Shown here piece by piece: positions 9,704 through 19,047 of a DNA stretch of 57,061 bases. The translations under genes and the position numbers were made by a program. The notes under the pieces are model-generated. The model was not told where the DNA came from and ran no database searches. It worked only from the letters and a program-made list of their open reading frames with translations. Source of the DNA: Deltaproteobacteria bacterium (GTDB taxonomy: Bacteria; Desulfobacterota; WTBG01; JAGOGO01); NCBI GenBank assembly GCA_017996625.1, contig JAGOGO010000003.1, positions 1 through 57,061 of the forward strand. Reading direction: 5' to 3'. The number at the start of each line of letters is the position of its first letter. Position 1 is the first letter of the stretch.

Positions 9704-9756
9704 TTGGGTTGAGAAGCCCTCGATTAGCTTCTTTGTTTCTTTTGTTTATTGCCGAG

Positions 9757-10230
9757 ATGAGTAGTGTTGAGAACGATATTGTGACCCGTGTGCGCTCTTT
9801 CGCACTCCCTGTACTCGAAGCATATGGTCTGGAGCTCGTTGATATTTTCTATGGCCGCGAACCTGGGGGGTGGGTTGTTCGGATCTCAATGGACAAGGAA
9901 GGAGGGGTGACTCTAGCGGATTGTTCGAAGGTAAGCCAAGAATTGGGCTATATTCTTGAGGTCAAGGATGTCATCAGCCATCCTTTTAACCTGGAGGTCT
10001 CTTCCCCGGGACTTGATCGCCCCTTAAGAACTGAGCAGGATTTCGAACGATTCACCGGCAAGCGAGCGAAGATCAAGACCAGCCGTGCTATCGATGAACG
10101 GCACAATTTCAAAGGCATCCTTCGTGGTATTCAGGATGGCCATGTTCTCCTTGAAATTGACCACAAAAGCTGGAAAATTCCGCTTGATGCAATATCCAAG
10201 GCTAACTTGATATATGAATTTTCCGAATGA
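9757..10230 (+). CDS. rimP: Ribosome maturation factor RimP
   Basis: LEVSSPGLDRPL motif and position upstream of nusA. ATG 9757 is preferred because the TTG at 9709 abuts the terminator. Confidence 0.88.
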   Translation: MSSVENDIVTRVRSFALPVLEAYGLELVDIFYGREPGGWVVRISMDKEGGVTLADCSKVSQELGYILEVKDVISHPFNLEVSSPGLDRPLRTEQDFERFTGKRAKIKTSRAIDERHNFKGILRGIQDGHVLLEIDHKSWKIPLDAISKANLIYEFSE

Positions 10231-10404
10231 TGACCGGTGGCTGAGCTGGTCGGAAGTCAGGCGGCACAGTGTCGAGAATACCTGGTTCAGGCACATAGAG
10301 TGGTTTCTCGAAGAGAGATCGACACCGCATGAGACTTTTGCGAAGCCGTTACTGATGGTTCGGTCACAGGGCGTCATAACCACCAGACAAAAAGGCAGAA
10401 CAGC

Positions 10405-11847
10405 GTGAAGAAGGTTGAACAATTTTCATTAGATCGGGTTTTATCCGAAATTCGCCGAGAAAAGGGCATTGAAAAAAATGTCATTATCGAGGCATTGAAA
10501 GCAGCGCTGCTTTCGGCGGCGAAGAAAAAGTATGGTCCACGAATGGTGCTCGAGGCACAGTTCAACCAGGAGCGGGCGGAGATAGAACTTTTCAGTTTTC
10601 GAACTGTAGTGGATAATCCACGAAGCGGCTATAACGAAATCTCTCTGGAAGAGGCTCAGCTGCTTGATCCAGAGGTAGAAATCGGTGACAGCTTAGGCGT
10701 CAAGATAGAGACTAAGGAATTCGGCCGCATTGCCGCGCAGACTGCAAAGCAGGTTATCATGCAGAAGATCCGGGATGCGGAAGGGGAAAACATCTTTCAG
10801 GATTTCAAGGATCGCCGTGGTGAGATTATCGCCGGCACTGTACATCGATTCAACAAGGGAGACATTGTTGTCAACCTGGGCCGCACTGAGGCAATCCTTC
10901 CCGCATCAGAGCAGATACCAGGTGAGAATTTTCGTCAGGGTGATCGGCTGAAGGGCTTTATCCTGGATATTCGCCGTTCTTCGAAAGAGCCCCAGATCCT
11001 CATTTCCCGCACGAGTCCGCAGTTCCTGGCAAAGCTTTTTGAAATGGAAGTCCCGGAGATAGCTGAGGGCGTAGTAAAGATCAAGAGCGTTGCCCGGGAT
11101 CCCGGCGTTCGTTCGAAGCTCGCGGTTATGTCTGAAGACGCGGATATTGATCCGGTCGGTGCCTGTGTCGGTGCCAAGGGGTCTCGTGTGCAGGGTGTTG
11201 TTCAGGAGCTTCGGGGAGAGCGGATTGACATCATCCCTTGGTCGGATGATCCGGCAAAGTTTGTCTGCAATGCACTTCATCCGGCTGAAGTATCCGAGGT
11301 GGTTGTTGATGAGTCGGAAAGGCAGATGGAGATCATCGTAGAAGATGATCAGCTGTCGCTCGCGATCGGAAAGCGAGGACAGAATGTCCGTCTGGCAGTA
11401 AGACTGACCGGCTGGAAGATTGACATCAAAAGCCGTTCTCGGGCAAAAGAGCTCAGCCGGGCGGCTTGCAAGAATTTGTCAGCAGTGCAGGGCGTTGGCG
11501 GAGTTACTGCTGAGATTCTGTTTAGTGCGGGGATTGCACGGCCGGAAGATATTGCCAATGCGTCAGTGGAAGATCTCACCCGGATCCCTGGTATTGGTGA
11601 AAAGAAAGCGCACCATCTCAAACAGGCTGCAGAAGAATACCTGAAAAACCTTGCCGAAGGCGAACCTCCTTCTCTCGAAAGCGAACCTGAAGCTGAAGCA
11701 AGCGGTGCTGTCGATGCGTCAGAGGATAGAGTAACTCAGGACACATCGGCACCGGAAGACAGTGCTGCAGCGGTTATTGACGCTGGAAAAGATGCAGGAG
11801 TGCAGGCTGAAACAGTTTCTGCCCACGAGCAGGAAGACATTGAATAA
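10405..11847 (+). CDS. nusA: Transcription termination/antitermination factor NusA
   Basis: N-terminal IEALKAALLSAAKKKYG, S1 and KH regions (QLSLAIGKRGQNVRLA), an HhH region and an acidic tail; GTG start. Confidence 0.93.
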   Translation: MKKVEQFSLDRVLSEIRREKGIEKNVIIEALKAALLSAAKKKYGPRMVLEAQFNQERAEIELFSFRTVVDNPRSGYNEISLEEAQLLDPEVEIGDSLGVKIETKEFGRIAAQTAKQVIMQKIRDAEGENIFQDFKDRRGEIIAGTVHRFNKGDIVVNLGRTEAILPASEQIPGENFRQGDRLKGFILDIRRSSKEPQILISRTSPQFLAKLFEMEVPEIAEGVVKIKSVARDPGVRSKLAVMSEDADIDPVGACVGAKGSRVQGVVQELRGERIDIIPWSDDPAKFVCNALHPAEVSEVVVDESERQMEIIVEDDQLSLAIGKRGQNVRLAVRLTGWKIDIKSRSRAKELSRAACKNLSAVQGVGGVTAEILFSAGIARPEDIANASVEDLTRIPGIGEKKAHHLKQAAEEYLKNLAEGEPPSLESEPEAEASGAVDASEDRVTQDTSAPEDSAAAVIDAGKDAGVQAETVSAHEQEDIE

Positions 11848-11891
11848 CGAAAGAAACAGAAGGTGATGGGGCAATCAGGAGTTTAATATAT

Positions 11892-14708
11892 TTGGCAGAT
11901 ATGGTTAAAACGAGAGTCTACGAATTAGCAAAAAAATTAAAACTCGATAGCAAAGAGCTGATCAAGGTCATTCACAAGCTCGGGATTCCGGCGACCAATC
12001 ACATGAGTGCTCTCGATGAGGTCGATATCGAAAGGATTTATCAGTATTACACGCCTCCCGAAGAAAAGAAGATCATTGAGCAGCGGATTCAGCCAACTAT
12101 TATCCGGCGTCGAGTAAAGCGATTGGTTCCAGAAGCCGAGACGGTTGAAGAACCTGTTAGGCAACCGGTTGAGCTGAAAGAGCCAGCGGAGCAGCCGGTC
12201 GTAACGGTCCAGGAGAAGAAAGAGCCCGCAGGGACGGTACCTGCAGAGCGAGTTCAGATGGAAGTACCGGCTGAGCCGATGGCCCCTGAACTGAAGCCGG
12301 AACGCATTTCTGAGGAAGAACTCCCTGCAGAGCCGAAACCGGAACTCGCGCTTGACGAAGCCGAAGCCCGCGTCACGCCAACCGAGCAACCGCCTCAGAA
12401 GGATCTTCATCAGCACGAATCCCTGACAAAGGAAAGCGAGAGAGAGGAAGCAGCACCGAAGGATGAAGGCTTCGTCGAAGAGGTGGCACCACCGTCCAGT
12501 CATGCTCCTGCTCTCGAAGAGAAAAGGAAGCCTTTCAAGAAAAAGAAGGTCAGGCCTCGGGAAGAACCAGCGCGCATTATTAGTAGGCCCGAACATCCGG
12601 TTATCGTGCCGGCGGACGCATCCGGACGAAGGCCGCAGCCAGCTGCCTATATTAAGAAACCGCAACCACTCAGCCTGGATCGGAAGCCCCAACCCCTTGA
12701 TCAGGAAAAGAAGCCCTTACCCGATGCTGATCGTGAGAAGAAACAGATAATTCGGCCTAAGAAAAAATGGGTTATTATTACCGAGGATAGGGGTGAAGAG
12801 GATAAAGCCGGCTGGCGTGCTGATCGAAAAGGTCCACAACCGCTACGGGATGTGTCGAAAACGTTTCCGAAGCGCGAACGTAAGATCGTTTTGGAAAGAA
12901 GGCCGGAGGAGGTTGCTCCCAGGAAGCCGGAAGTAACTGTTCCTAAAGCGATTAAAAGGAAAATAAAGATTGCCGAGTTTATCACGGTAGGTGATTTGGC
13001 CAAGAAGATGGGCGTCAAGGCTGCCGAGGTGATCAAGAAGCTCTGGCAAATGGGTGTCATGGCAACAATAAACCAGTCCGTGGACATTGATACGGCCCAG
13101 GTTGTGGCTGATGATTTCGGCTATGAAGTTGAGAAGATGACCTTTGAGGCAGAAGAAGTTCTGGCCCGCGAAGATGACGATGCTGCTATGTTGAAACCGC
13201 GACCTCCAGTCATCACAGTTATGGGACATGTCGATCATGGTAAGACCAAGCTGCTGGATGCCATTCGGCAGACTGATGTGGTTGCTAGTGAGGCGGGAGG
13301 CATAACGCAGCACATCGGAGCATACGATGTCAGACTGAAAGAAGGAGAACTCGTTTTTATTGACACTCCCGGCCATGAAGCATTTACCGCCATGCGCGCC
13401 CGAGGTTCTCATGTCACCGACATTGTCATTCTGGTTGTCGCTGCCACCGAGGGGGTAAAGGAACAGACTGTCGAAGCGATCAATCATGCTAAGGCGGCGG
13501 GAGTCCCCATCATTGTGGCAATCAATAAGATCGACCTTCCCGAAGCACAACCTGAACGGGTCAAACGGGAGCTGATGGAACATGAGCTGGTATCGGAGGA
13601 ACTGGGAGGCGACACCATCTATGTCGAAATCTCTGCTAAGCAGAAGATAAATATCGATAAGCTCCTAGAGATGATCCTGCTTCAGTCGGAGGTGCTGGAG
13701 CTGAAAGCAAACCCGGATAAACTAGCCCGGGGCACTATTATCGAGACGCGACTGGATAAAGGGCAGGGCCCAGTAGCTACGGTCCTCATTCAGGAGGGAA
13801 CCCTTAGAGTAGGGGAGCCTTTTGTGAGCGGCCAGGTGTTTGGAAAAGTTCGCGCGATGCTGGATGATCATGGAGAGAAGCTGAAGGAGGCCGGACCGTC
13901 TCACCCAGTGGAAGTTGTCGGATTTGCCGGTCTACCGGAAGCGGGTGACCAGTTCATTGTGGTCAGTGATGAGCGAAAAGCCCGCCTGGCAGTGGAGCAT
14001 CGTCTCGAGAAAGTGAAGCAGAAGGAAGCCGGAACTATCGGCAAGATAACCTTGGAGACCCTGTTTGACAAAATCAAAGAAGGGGAATTCAAGGAGCTCA
14101 AAGCGGTCATTAAGGCTGATGTTCACGGCTCGATCGAAGCGCTGAAAAAGGCAATTTCCGATATCAACACCAAAGGAGAAATTAAGGTCAATATTATTCA
14201 TACTGCAGTCGGCTCAATAACTGAATCAGACATCATGCTGGCTTCAGCTTCAAATGCCATTGTTATCGGTTTTAATGTGGTTCCCGATCAGAAGGCACAT
14301 GCGTTAGCTCAGACCGAACATGTAGACGTCCGGACCTACACTATCATCTATGAGGCGATTGACGACATTAAGAAGGCGATGGAAGGTCTCCTGTCGCCGA
14401 TCCAAAAAGAGCGGGTGCTGGGCCGAGCCCAGGTAATCCAGCTTTTTATTGTCTCCAAGGTGGGTGCCATCGCTGGCAGCAGGGTTTTGGAAGGAAAAAT
14501 CACTCGTGGTGCACAGGCACGGGTGATCAGGAAGAATGAGGTGATTCATGAGGGAAAAGTCACCTCCCTGAAGCGTTTCAAAGAAGATGTCAGAGAAGCA
14601 CTGCTTGGCTACGAATGCGGTATAAAACTCGAGCACTTTGATGACCTTCAACTTGAAGATATCATCGAAGCCTATGAGTACGAAGAAATAGCACAAAAAC
14701 TCGATTAG
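11892..14708 (+). CDS. infB: Translation initiation factor IF-2
   Basis: G domain [25 protein letters not shown] and NKID. Long Pro/Glu/Lys-rich N-terminal region. TTG 11892, or alternatively ATG 11901. Confidence 0.95.
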   Translation: MADMVKTRVYELAKKLKLDSKELIKVIHKLGIPATNHMSALDEVDIERIYQYYTPPEEKKIIEQRIQPTIIRRRVKRLVPEAETVEEPVRQPVELKEPAEQPVVTVQEKKEPAGTVPAERVQMEVPAEPMAPELKPERISEEELPAEPKPELALDEAEARVTPTEQPPQKDLHQHESLTKESEREEAAPKDEGFVEEVAPPSSHAPALEEKRKPFKKKKVRPREEPARIISRPEHPVIVPADASGRRPQPAAYIKKPQPLSLDRKPQPLDQEKKPLPDADREKKQIIRPKKKWVIITEDRGEEDKAGWRADRKGPQPLRDVSKTFPKRERKIVLERRPEEVAPRKPEVTVPKAIKRKIKIAEFITVGDLAKKMGVKAAEVIKKLWQMGVMATINQSVDIDTAQVVADDFGYEVEKMTFEAEEVLAREDDDAAMLKPRPPVITVMGHVDHGKTKLLDAIRQTDVVASEAGGITQHIGAYDVRLKEGELVFIDTPGHEAFTAMRARGSHVTDIVILVVAATEGVKEQTVEAINHAKAAGVPIIVAINKIDLPEAQPERVKRELMEHELVSEELGGDTIYVEISAKQKINIDKLLEMILLQSEVLELKANPDKLARGTIIETRLDKGQGPVATVLIQEGTLRVGEPFVSGQVFGKVRAMLDDHGEKLKEAGPSHPVEVVGFAGLPEAGDQFIVVSDERKARLAVEHRLEKVKQKEAGTIGKITLETLFDKIKEGEFKELKAVIKADVHGSIEALKKAISDINTKGEIKVNIIHTAVGSITESDIMLASASNAIVIGFNVVPDQKAHALAQTEHVDVRTYTIIYEAIDDIKKAMEGLLSPIQKERVLGRAQVIQLFIVSKVGAIAGSRVLEGKITRGAQARVIRKNEVIHEGKVTSLKRFKEDVREALLGYECGIKLEHFDDLQLEDIIEAYEYEEIAQKLD

Positions 14709-14810
14709 CAGGAATGGAGCCGGGGGCTGTAGCGGCACTGCATCTTTCTCTCTTACGGTGGACCACGATAGCCCAGTACGTGCAACCGCCTGCCCATCAT
14801 TGTATGACTT

Positions 14811-15098
14811 ATGGTAGTAGGAGTCTGTTTTCTTCATCTTCACATTTACGAAAGCAATTCTCTTAAGAGCAAGCGGCATGTTCTCCGGCAGATCATTGAT
14901 CGCACGCGCAACAAGTTCAATGTGGCCATAGCCGAAGTCGGAGATAATGATCGGTGGCAGAGCGCACAACTCGGCTTCTGCGTCGTGGGAAATGAGAGTG
15001 GCCACGTGAATTCCATGGTGGACAAAGTCTACCAGTTCATAGATACCATGCATGCTGCGGAGATTTATCACTCCCATTGGGAACTGATTCATTTCTGA
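14811..15098 (+). CDS. DUF503 (YlxP-like) protein
   Basis: MVVGVCFLHLHIYESNSLKSKRHVLRQIIDRTRNKFNVAIAEV matches the DUF503 pattern usually found between infB and rbfA. Confidence 0.8.
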   Translation: MVVGVCFLHLHIYESNSLKSKRHVLRQIIDRTRNKFNVAIAEVGDNDRWQSAQLGFCVVGNESGHVNSMVDKVYQFIDTMHAAEIYHSHWELIHF

Positions 15099-15397
15099 CG
15101 ATCTTCACGCGGTGCTGCATTGTTGATGAGCATATCCAGGTGCCTACCTGCTTTCCGGCGGACAGAGACGAAATGATTCCGTCATCAGCGTTCTTGGATT
15201 GTATCGCACAGGAATTATTCAATTCCACCGGACCGCAGAGACGCGCTCGCGGGACAACAATGTCCTCACGGGCGCGTGCTGCTTTCAGCTGCATGATCGA
15301 GCGGCGACTGCTGAGGTGTGTTTCGTGGGCAGCGAGCTGAGGTGCAGTCTCCTGCAAAGGAACCGCAAGGAGTAAAGTCTGAGGCGCCGCGTTGCTG

Positions 15398-15418
15398 AGT
15401 CCCGCTGCAAGCGGGATT
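15398..15418. repeat. REP-like hairpin AGTCCCGC-TGCAA-GCGGGATT
   Basis: Same stem sequence as the copies at 8269, 9313 and 16661. Confidence 0.8.
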
Positions 15419-15437
15419 CGCTGAGGGAAGAGATAAG

Positions 15438-15527
15438 GGTTGCTTGGGTTCATTGAGTTACTTGGGTTGGTTGGGTTTATAGGGTCGTCAAGGGCGTGAC
15501 TCCTAACTCCTTACTCCTCACTTTTTA
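15438..15527. repeat. Word-repeat tract (TGGGTT words, then CTCCTTACT/CTCCTAACT words)
   Basis: GGTTGCTTGGGTTCATTGAGTTACTTGGGTTGGTTGGGTTT ... GACTCCTAACTCCTTACTCCTCAC. The CTCCTTACT words recur at 16741-16774 and, inverted, at 40811-40850. Confidence 0.7.
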
Positions 15528-15546
15528 CTGAGTAGGAGGGCGCATT

Positions 15547-15957
15547 ATGGAATATAGTCGTTCAGATCGAGTGGCGCAGTTGATCAAACGAGTCGTGGCA
15601 GAGATGCTGGAGACGGAAATCAAAGATCCCCGTATCGGCATGGTCACCATAACGGATGTAACGGTAAGCAAGGATCTGCGCACGGCTCACATCTATTACA
15701 GTACGCTCGGCTCTGCAGAGCAGCGTCGAACTACTGAGCTTGGTCTACGGCAGGCTACCACCTTCATCCAACGTGAACTCGGCCATCGGGTGAGACTACG
15801 ATACACGCCGGCAATCGACTTCCGTTTTGATTCATCAATGGAGTACGGGAGCCACATCGAGCAGCTGCTGCATGATATTGAAGAACACCGGCCGAAAGAC
15901 GCCGGCGAAGAGAGCGAAGCGAATGATGCTGAACACGAAGATTCGCTGCCGGAGTAG
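15547..15957 (+). CDS. rbfA: Ribosome-binding factor A
   Basis: RVAQLIKRVVAEMLETEIKDPRIGMVTITDVTVSKDLRTAHIYYS; acidic C-terminal tail. Confidence 0.9.
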   Translation: MEYSRSDRVAQLIKRVVAEMLETEIKDPRIGMVTITDVTVSKDLRTAHIYYSTLGSAEQRRTTELGLRQATTFIQRELGHRVRLRYTPAIDFRFDSSMEYGSHIEQLLHDIEEHRPKDAGEESEANDAEHEDSLPE

Positions 15958-15965
15958 ATGGTGAC

Positions 15966-16685
15966 ATGAATGGAACTGCTGAGCGCTTTCAAGCTGTCCT
16001 CGATCTTATTCGTACGCTGCGCGGTGAGGGAGGATGTCCCTGGGATCGACAGCAGACAGTTGAAAGTCTTACACCATACGTGCATCAGGAATTCGAAGAG
16101 CTTGCCGAAGCTCTAGCCAGCAAAGCACCTGAGAACGTTCAGGAGGAGATGGGGGATCTTATATTCCTGCTGCTCTTCGTCGCGGAAGCTGCCAAGGATC
16201 GAGGAGACTTTGCCATCGATGATGTTTTTGAGCAGGTGCAGGAAAAAATGGTTGGCCGTCATCCGCACATATTCGGTGCCGTGCAGGCAACCGAGATCCA
16301 CGAGATCAAAGACAACTGGAAGAAGATAAAGGAAGAGGAAAAAATCCGGCTGGACCGAAAGACGCTGAATGAAAAGATGCCCCGGCATCTGCCGGCGCTG
16401 CAGCAGATGATGTGGGTGCTGCGCACCGTCCAGCCAGATAGCGGCGGTGATCCGCTCACGTTAGCGGACCGCATAGAGGAATCAACAACAGCACTGCTGA
16501 CGGCAGTTAAGAACGGAAAGCGGGAAACCGTACGCTGCCAGGCAGGAAGACTATTTTTTCTGCTTGTACGTTTAAGCCTGTGGATAGGCAGTGATCCTGA
16601 GGTGGTGATTCGCGAGGAGATCCGGCGGGTCCTCGGAGACGCTCAAGCTAAGAGCAACGGAGTCCCGCCTTTGGCGGGATTATGA
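15966..16685 (+). CDS. mazG: MazG-family nucleoside triphosphate pyrophosphohydrolase
   Basis: CPWDRQQTVESL, EFEELAEAL and EEMGDLIFLLLFVA (EExxE/D metal motif), plus MVGRHPHIFG. The last 11 codons are encoded by the REP-like repeat. Confidence 0.8.
   Translation: MNGTAERFQAVLDLIRTLRGEGGCPWDRQQTVESLTPYVHQEFEELAEALASKAPENVQEEMGDLIFLLLFVAEAAKDRGDFAIDDVFEQVQEKMVGRHPHIFGAVQATEIHEIKDNWKKIKEEEKIRLDRKTLNEKMPRHLPALQQMMWVLRTVQPDSGGDPLTLADRIEESTTALLTAVKNGKRETVRCQAGRLFFLLVRLSLWIGSDPEVVIREEIRRVLGDAQAKSNGVPPLAGL
16652..16681. repeat. REP-like hairpin repeat GAGCAACGG-AGTCCCGCC-TTT-GGCGGGATT
   Basis: 29/30 identical to 9304-9333; lies inside the 3' end of mazG. Confidence 0.85.
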
Positions 16686-16708
16686 GTTCTGATGTAAAGA
16701 AAACCCCA

Positions 16709-16774
16709 AACTCGCAACCCGTAACCCGCAACAAAATATTGACTCCTTACTCTTCACTCCTTACGCCTTACTGC
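16709..16774. repeat. Word-repeat tract (CGCAACCCGTAACCCGCAAC, then CTCCTTACT words)
   Basis: AACTCGCAACCCGTAACCCGCAAC ... GACTCCTTACTCTTCACTCCTTACGCCTTACTGC. Related words occur at 8249-8268 and, inverted, at 8203-8214. Confidence 0.7.
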
Positions 16775-16787
16775 TTTTAATGTCCAC

Positions 16788-16816
16788 TTGACAGGGGGTG
16801 GTGTTACTGATATGAA
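16788..16816 (+). promoter_or_regulatory. Sigma70-type promoter upstream of holB
   Basis: TTGACA, 17-nt spacer, TATGAA. Confidence 0.5.
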
Positions 16817-16929
16817 GAGGCTGAAACTATACGAATTTAGAAGAAAAATGAACTCCTCGTGGCTGCCCTGATGAATCGCCGGCAGCAACGAAGCCAAGAG
16901 CACAGCTGCATTTGCTTCCTTTGAGCGAT

Positions 16930-17988
16930 ATGGTCAGCCCACACGATAAGACGTTGACAAAGAAGGTAGTGGAACAGTCTGCGGACCCGGAGGTTTTCTT
17001 GAGCTTTCGTGCCATACAGGGACATGAGAAAACACTGAAAATAGTGGCGAGGGTACTGGAGACCCGCCGGCTTTCACACGCTTATCTTTTTTCCGGGCCG
17101 GATGGCATCGGAAAGCGTCTTGTAGCCGGTGCCTTCGCCCAAGCCTTGCTGTGCGCATCGGGGTCAGCAGAGAGCTGCGGCCAGTGCTCATCCTGTGTTC
17201 AGGTGGAGAGCGGGAATCACCCTGATCTACACCTCATCCGACCGCTGGAGGGTTCAATTCCGATCGACCGAATCCGTTCCCTCCAACAGGAACTAACCCG
17301 AAAAAGCTTCACCGGATCGTACAAGGTATGCATCATTGATGAAGCGGAGAAAATGAATACCGCGTCTCAGAATTCGCTTCTGAAGACTCTGGAGGAGCCG
17401 ACGCCTGATACCGTGATTATACTGGTCACCAGCCAACCCTATCGGCTTCTGGCTACGGTTCGCTCCCGCTGTCAGCAGTTCGCTTTTTCTCCGCTGACCT
17501 TGCCGGCAGCAGCGGCATTGATCCGGGAAAAAGCGGGTATCGACGAGTCGACCGCTTTGCTGCTGGCGTCGATTACTGGCGGCAGTCCGGGCAAGGCACT
17601 GGAACTGGACACCGAGTACGTGCTCTCGCTGAGAGAGCAATGGATTCACCAGAGCATCCAGAACCGGGGCCGCGAGCTCTTCCTGCTGGCTGAGGAGTTC
17701 TTCCAGGACAAGGAAGCGATCGAGGTAAAACTTAATCTGGTGCGGCTTTGGTTCCGCGATATTATACTCTGCAAAATTTTCGGCAATGTCGAACGGTTGG
17801 TGAACCAGGACAGAGGAAAGGAGATCGCTGAAATAAGTGCTCGGTGGAGTATGGAACAGGTACTCGGCGTTTTGTTGCTGATTGAGGAGTACACTTCAGC
17901 CCTTGAGTATAATGTCAATCCCCAGCTGACAATGGAGGCGCTGCTTCTTAGGATGGCACCAGAATCTGAGGCAGTACTGGTCTCATGA
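16930..17988 (+). CDS. holB: DNA polymerase III delta-prime subunit
   Basis: LSHAYLFSGPDGIGK, Zn module CGQCSSCVQVESGNHPD, KVCIIDEAEKM and NSLLKTLEEP. The start is uncertain (ATG 16930, or TTG 16912). Confidence 0.88.
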   Translation: MVSPHDKTLTKKVVEQSADPEVFLSFRAIQGHEKTLKIVARVLETRRLSHAYLFSGPDGIGKRLVAGAFAQALLCASGSAESCGQCSSCVQVESGNHPDLHLIRPLEGSIPIDRIRSLQQELTRKSFTGSYKVCIIDEAEKMNTASQNSLLKTLEEPTPDTVIILVTSQPYRLLATVRSRCQQFAFSPLTLPAAAALIREKAGIDESTALLLASITGGSPGKALELDTEYVLSLREQWIHQSIQNRGRELFLLAEEFFQDKEAIEVKLNLVRLWFRDIILCKIFGNVERLVNQDRGKEIAEISARWSMEQVLGVLLLIEEYTSALEYNVNPQLTMEALLLRMAPESEAVLVS

Positions 17989-18087
17989 CACACTATGAGG
18001 TTTGCATTCGACAAGCCTGTGCTGATTTTTTTGACCAGGCAGAAGTGACAGACAAGAGGTGAACAAGAAAAGGATTTTGTCATGCTG

Positions 18088-18187
18088 AGTCCCGCTCCGC
18101 GAGGGGTAACGATTTGATGCGCAACTCGCGCCGGCCGGGATCGAAGCACGAGCCCTTCGATCAGCTCAGGTGAACTCTGTCGAAGGG
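18088..18187. repeat. Repeat-derived segment with mutually exclusive hairpins
   Basis: AGTCCCGC-derived degenerate hairpin at 18088-18106. GATCGAAG (18139-46) and TCGAAGGG (18180-87) both complement CCCTTCGATC (18153-62). Confidence 0.6.
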
Positions 18188-18243
18188 TCAACCAGAAAGC
18201 CTTTATTGACGATGCTGCAAACATCGTATGAGAATTAAACGGC

Positions 18244-19044
18244 ATGAAAACAGTCACGGTTCAACTTCAGAAATCATTCAGTACAATTATCTGCGATGCT
18301 GGCGAAGCGCATTACAAAGCCGGCGATGTCGTGGTGGTTGAAACCGGCGAAGGGCAGCAGCTTGGCACCATTATTTGTGACTGTTGCCGATCCGGCGCCG
18401 AATCGTACCCGAAACCGAAAAACCGCGTGCTTCGGATGGCAGGAGAGGCAGATGTCCAGAGAGATGAAGAGGAAAACAAGCGTGCGGCAGAGGCACTCAG
18501 AATCTGTAAGCACGAGATTGAAGCACTGCAGCTGCCCATGAAGCTGCTGGATGTTCAATTTGCTCCGGGAGGAGAGAAGGTGACGTTTTTCTTTACTGCC
18601 GAGACACGAGTGAACTTCCGCGATTTGGTGAAGCAGCTGGCGGCGCAGTTTCATACCCGGGTTGAGCTGCGACAGATCGGCGCTCGCAATGAAGCTCAGA
18701 AAATAGGAGGCGTAGGTTGCTGCGGCCGGCCGATTTGCTGTGCTTCTTTTCTAACCCGGTTCGATCCCGTCACTATCCGAATGGCCAAAGATCAGGGCCT
18801 CTCGCTGGAGCCGGCAAAGATCTCCGGCTTGTGTGGCCGCCTATTGTGCTGTCTTTCCTATGAAGCAGAGAGCTACAGCGATCTCCTGAAGAATCTGCCC
18901 AAACAAGGCAGTCGGGTGCTGACGAACGAGGGCGAAGGTAAGGTGGTAAAGCTGAATGTCATCGAACAGACGGTAGTGCTTGAGCTGGAAGAGGGAAGGC
19001 GGATTACCGTAACGCCAGATGCGATCAGAGAGAAAGCGAAATAG
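18244..19044 (+). CDS. PSP1 C-terminal domain protein (YaaT/RicT-like)
   Basis: VELRQIGARNEAQKIGGVGCCGRPICCASFL and LCGRLLCCLSYE cysteine clusters; conserved holB-PSP1-metG order. Confidence 0.88.
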   Translation: MKTVTVQLQKSFSTIICDAGEAHYKAGDVVVVETGEGQQLGTIICDCCRSGAESYPKPKNRVLRMAGEADVQRDEEENKRAAEALRICKHEIEALQLPMKLLDVQFAPGGEKVTFFFTAETRVNFRDLVKQLAAQFHTRVELRQIGARNEAQKIGGVGCCGRPICCASFLTRFDPVTIRMAKDQGLSLEPAKISGLCGRLLCCLSYEAESYSDLLKNLPKQGSRVLTNEGEGKVVKLNVIEQTVVLELEEGRRITVTPDAIREKAK

Positions 19045-19047
19045 AGG

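Noticed and set aside
10024-10565. ORFs 10024-10422(-), 10214-10408(+) and 10374-10565(-) in the rimP-nusA junction
   Set aside because: They overlap rimP or nusA, have no RBS and show no family resemblance. The spacer is treated as non-coding.
12600-12760. Short peptide repeats (KPQPL...) in the IF-2 N-terminal region, considered as a DNA tandem repeat
   Set aside because: This is low-complexity coding sequence typical of the IF-2 N-terminus, not a discrete nucleotide repeat.
11937-13583. Long antisense ORFs (251 aa, 246 aa, 128 aa) opposite infB
   Set aside because: They are opposite the low-complexity Pro/Glu/Lys-rich region and G domain of a certain infB. Their composition is Leu/Arg/Phe-rich antisense type.
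14304-15092. 262-aa minus-strand ORF overlapping the infB 3' end and DUF503
   Set aside because: It fully overlaps two well-supported plus-strand genes and has no recognisable motifs.
15037-15453. 138-aa minus-strand ORF in the DUF503-rbfA spacer
   Set aside because: As a whole it has no start context or family pattern, and it runs through the hairpin/word repeats. Only a short SDR-like fragment in a neighbouring frame is noted, as a possible remnant, in the findings.
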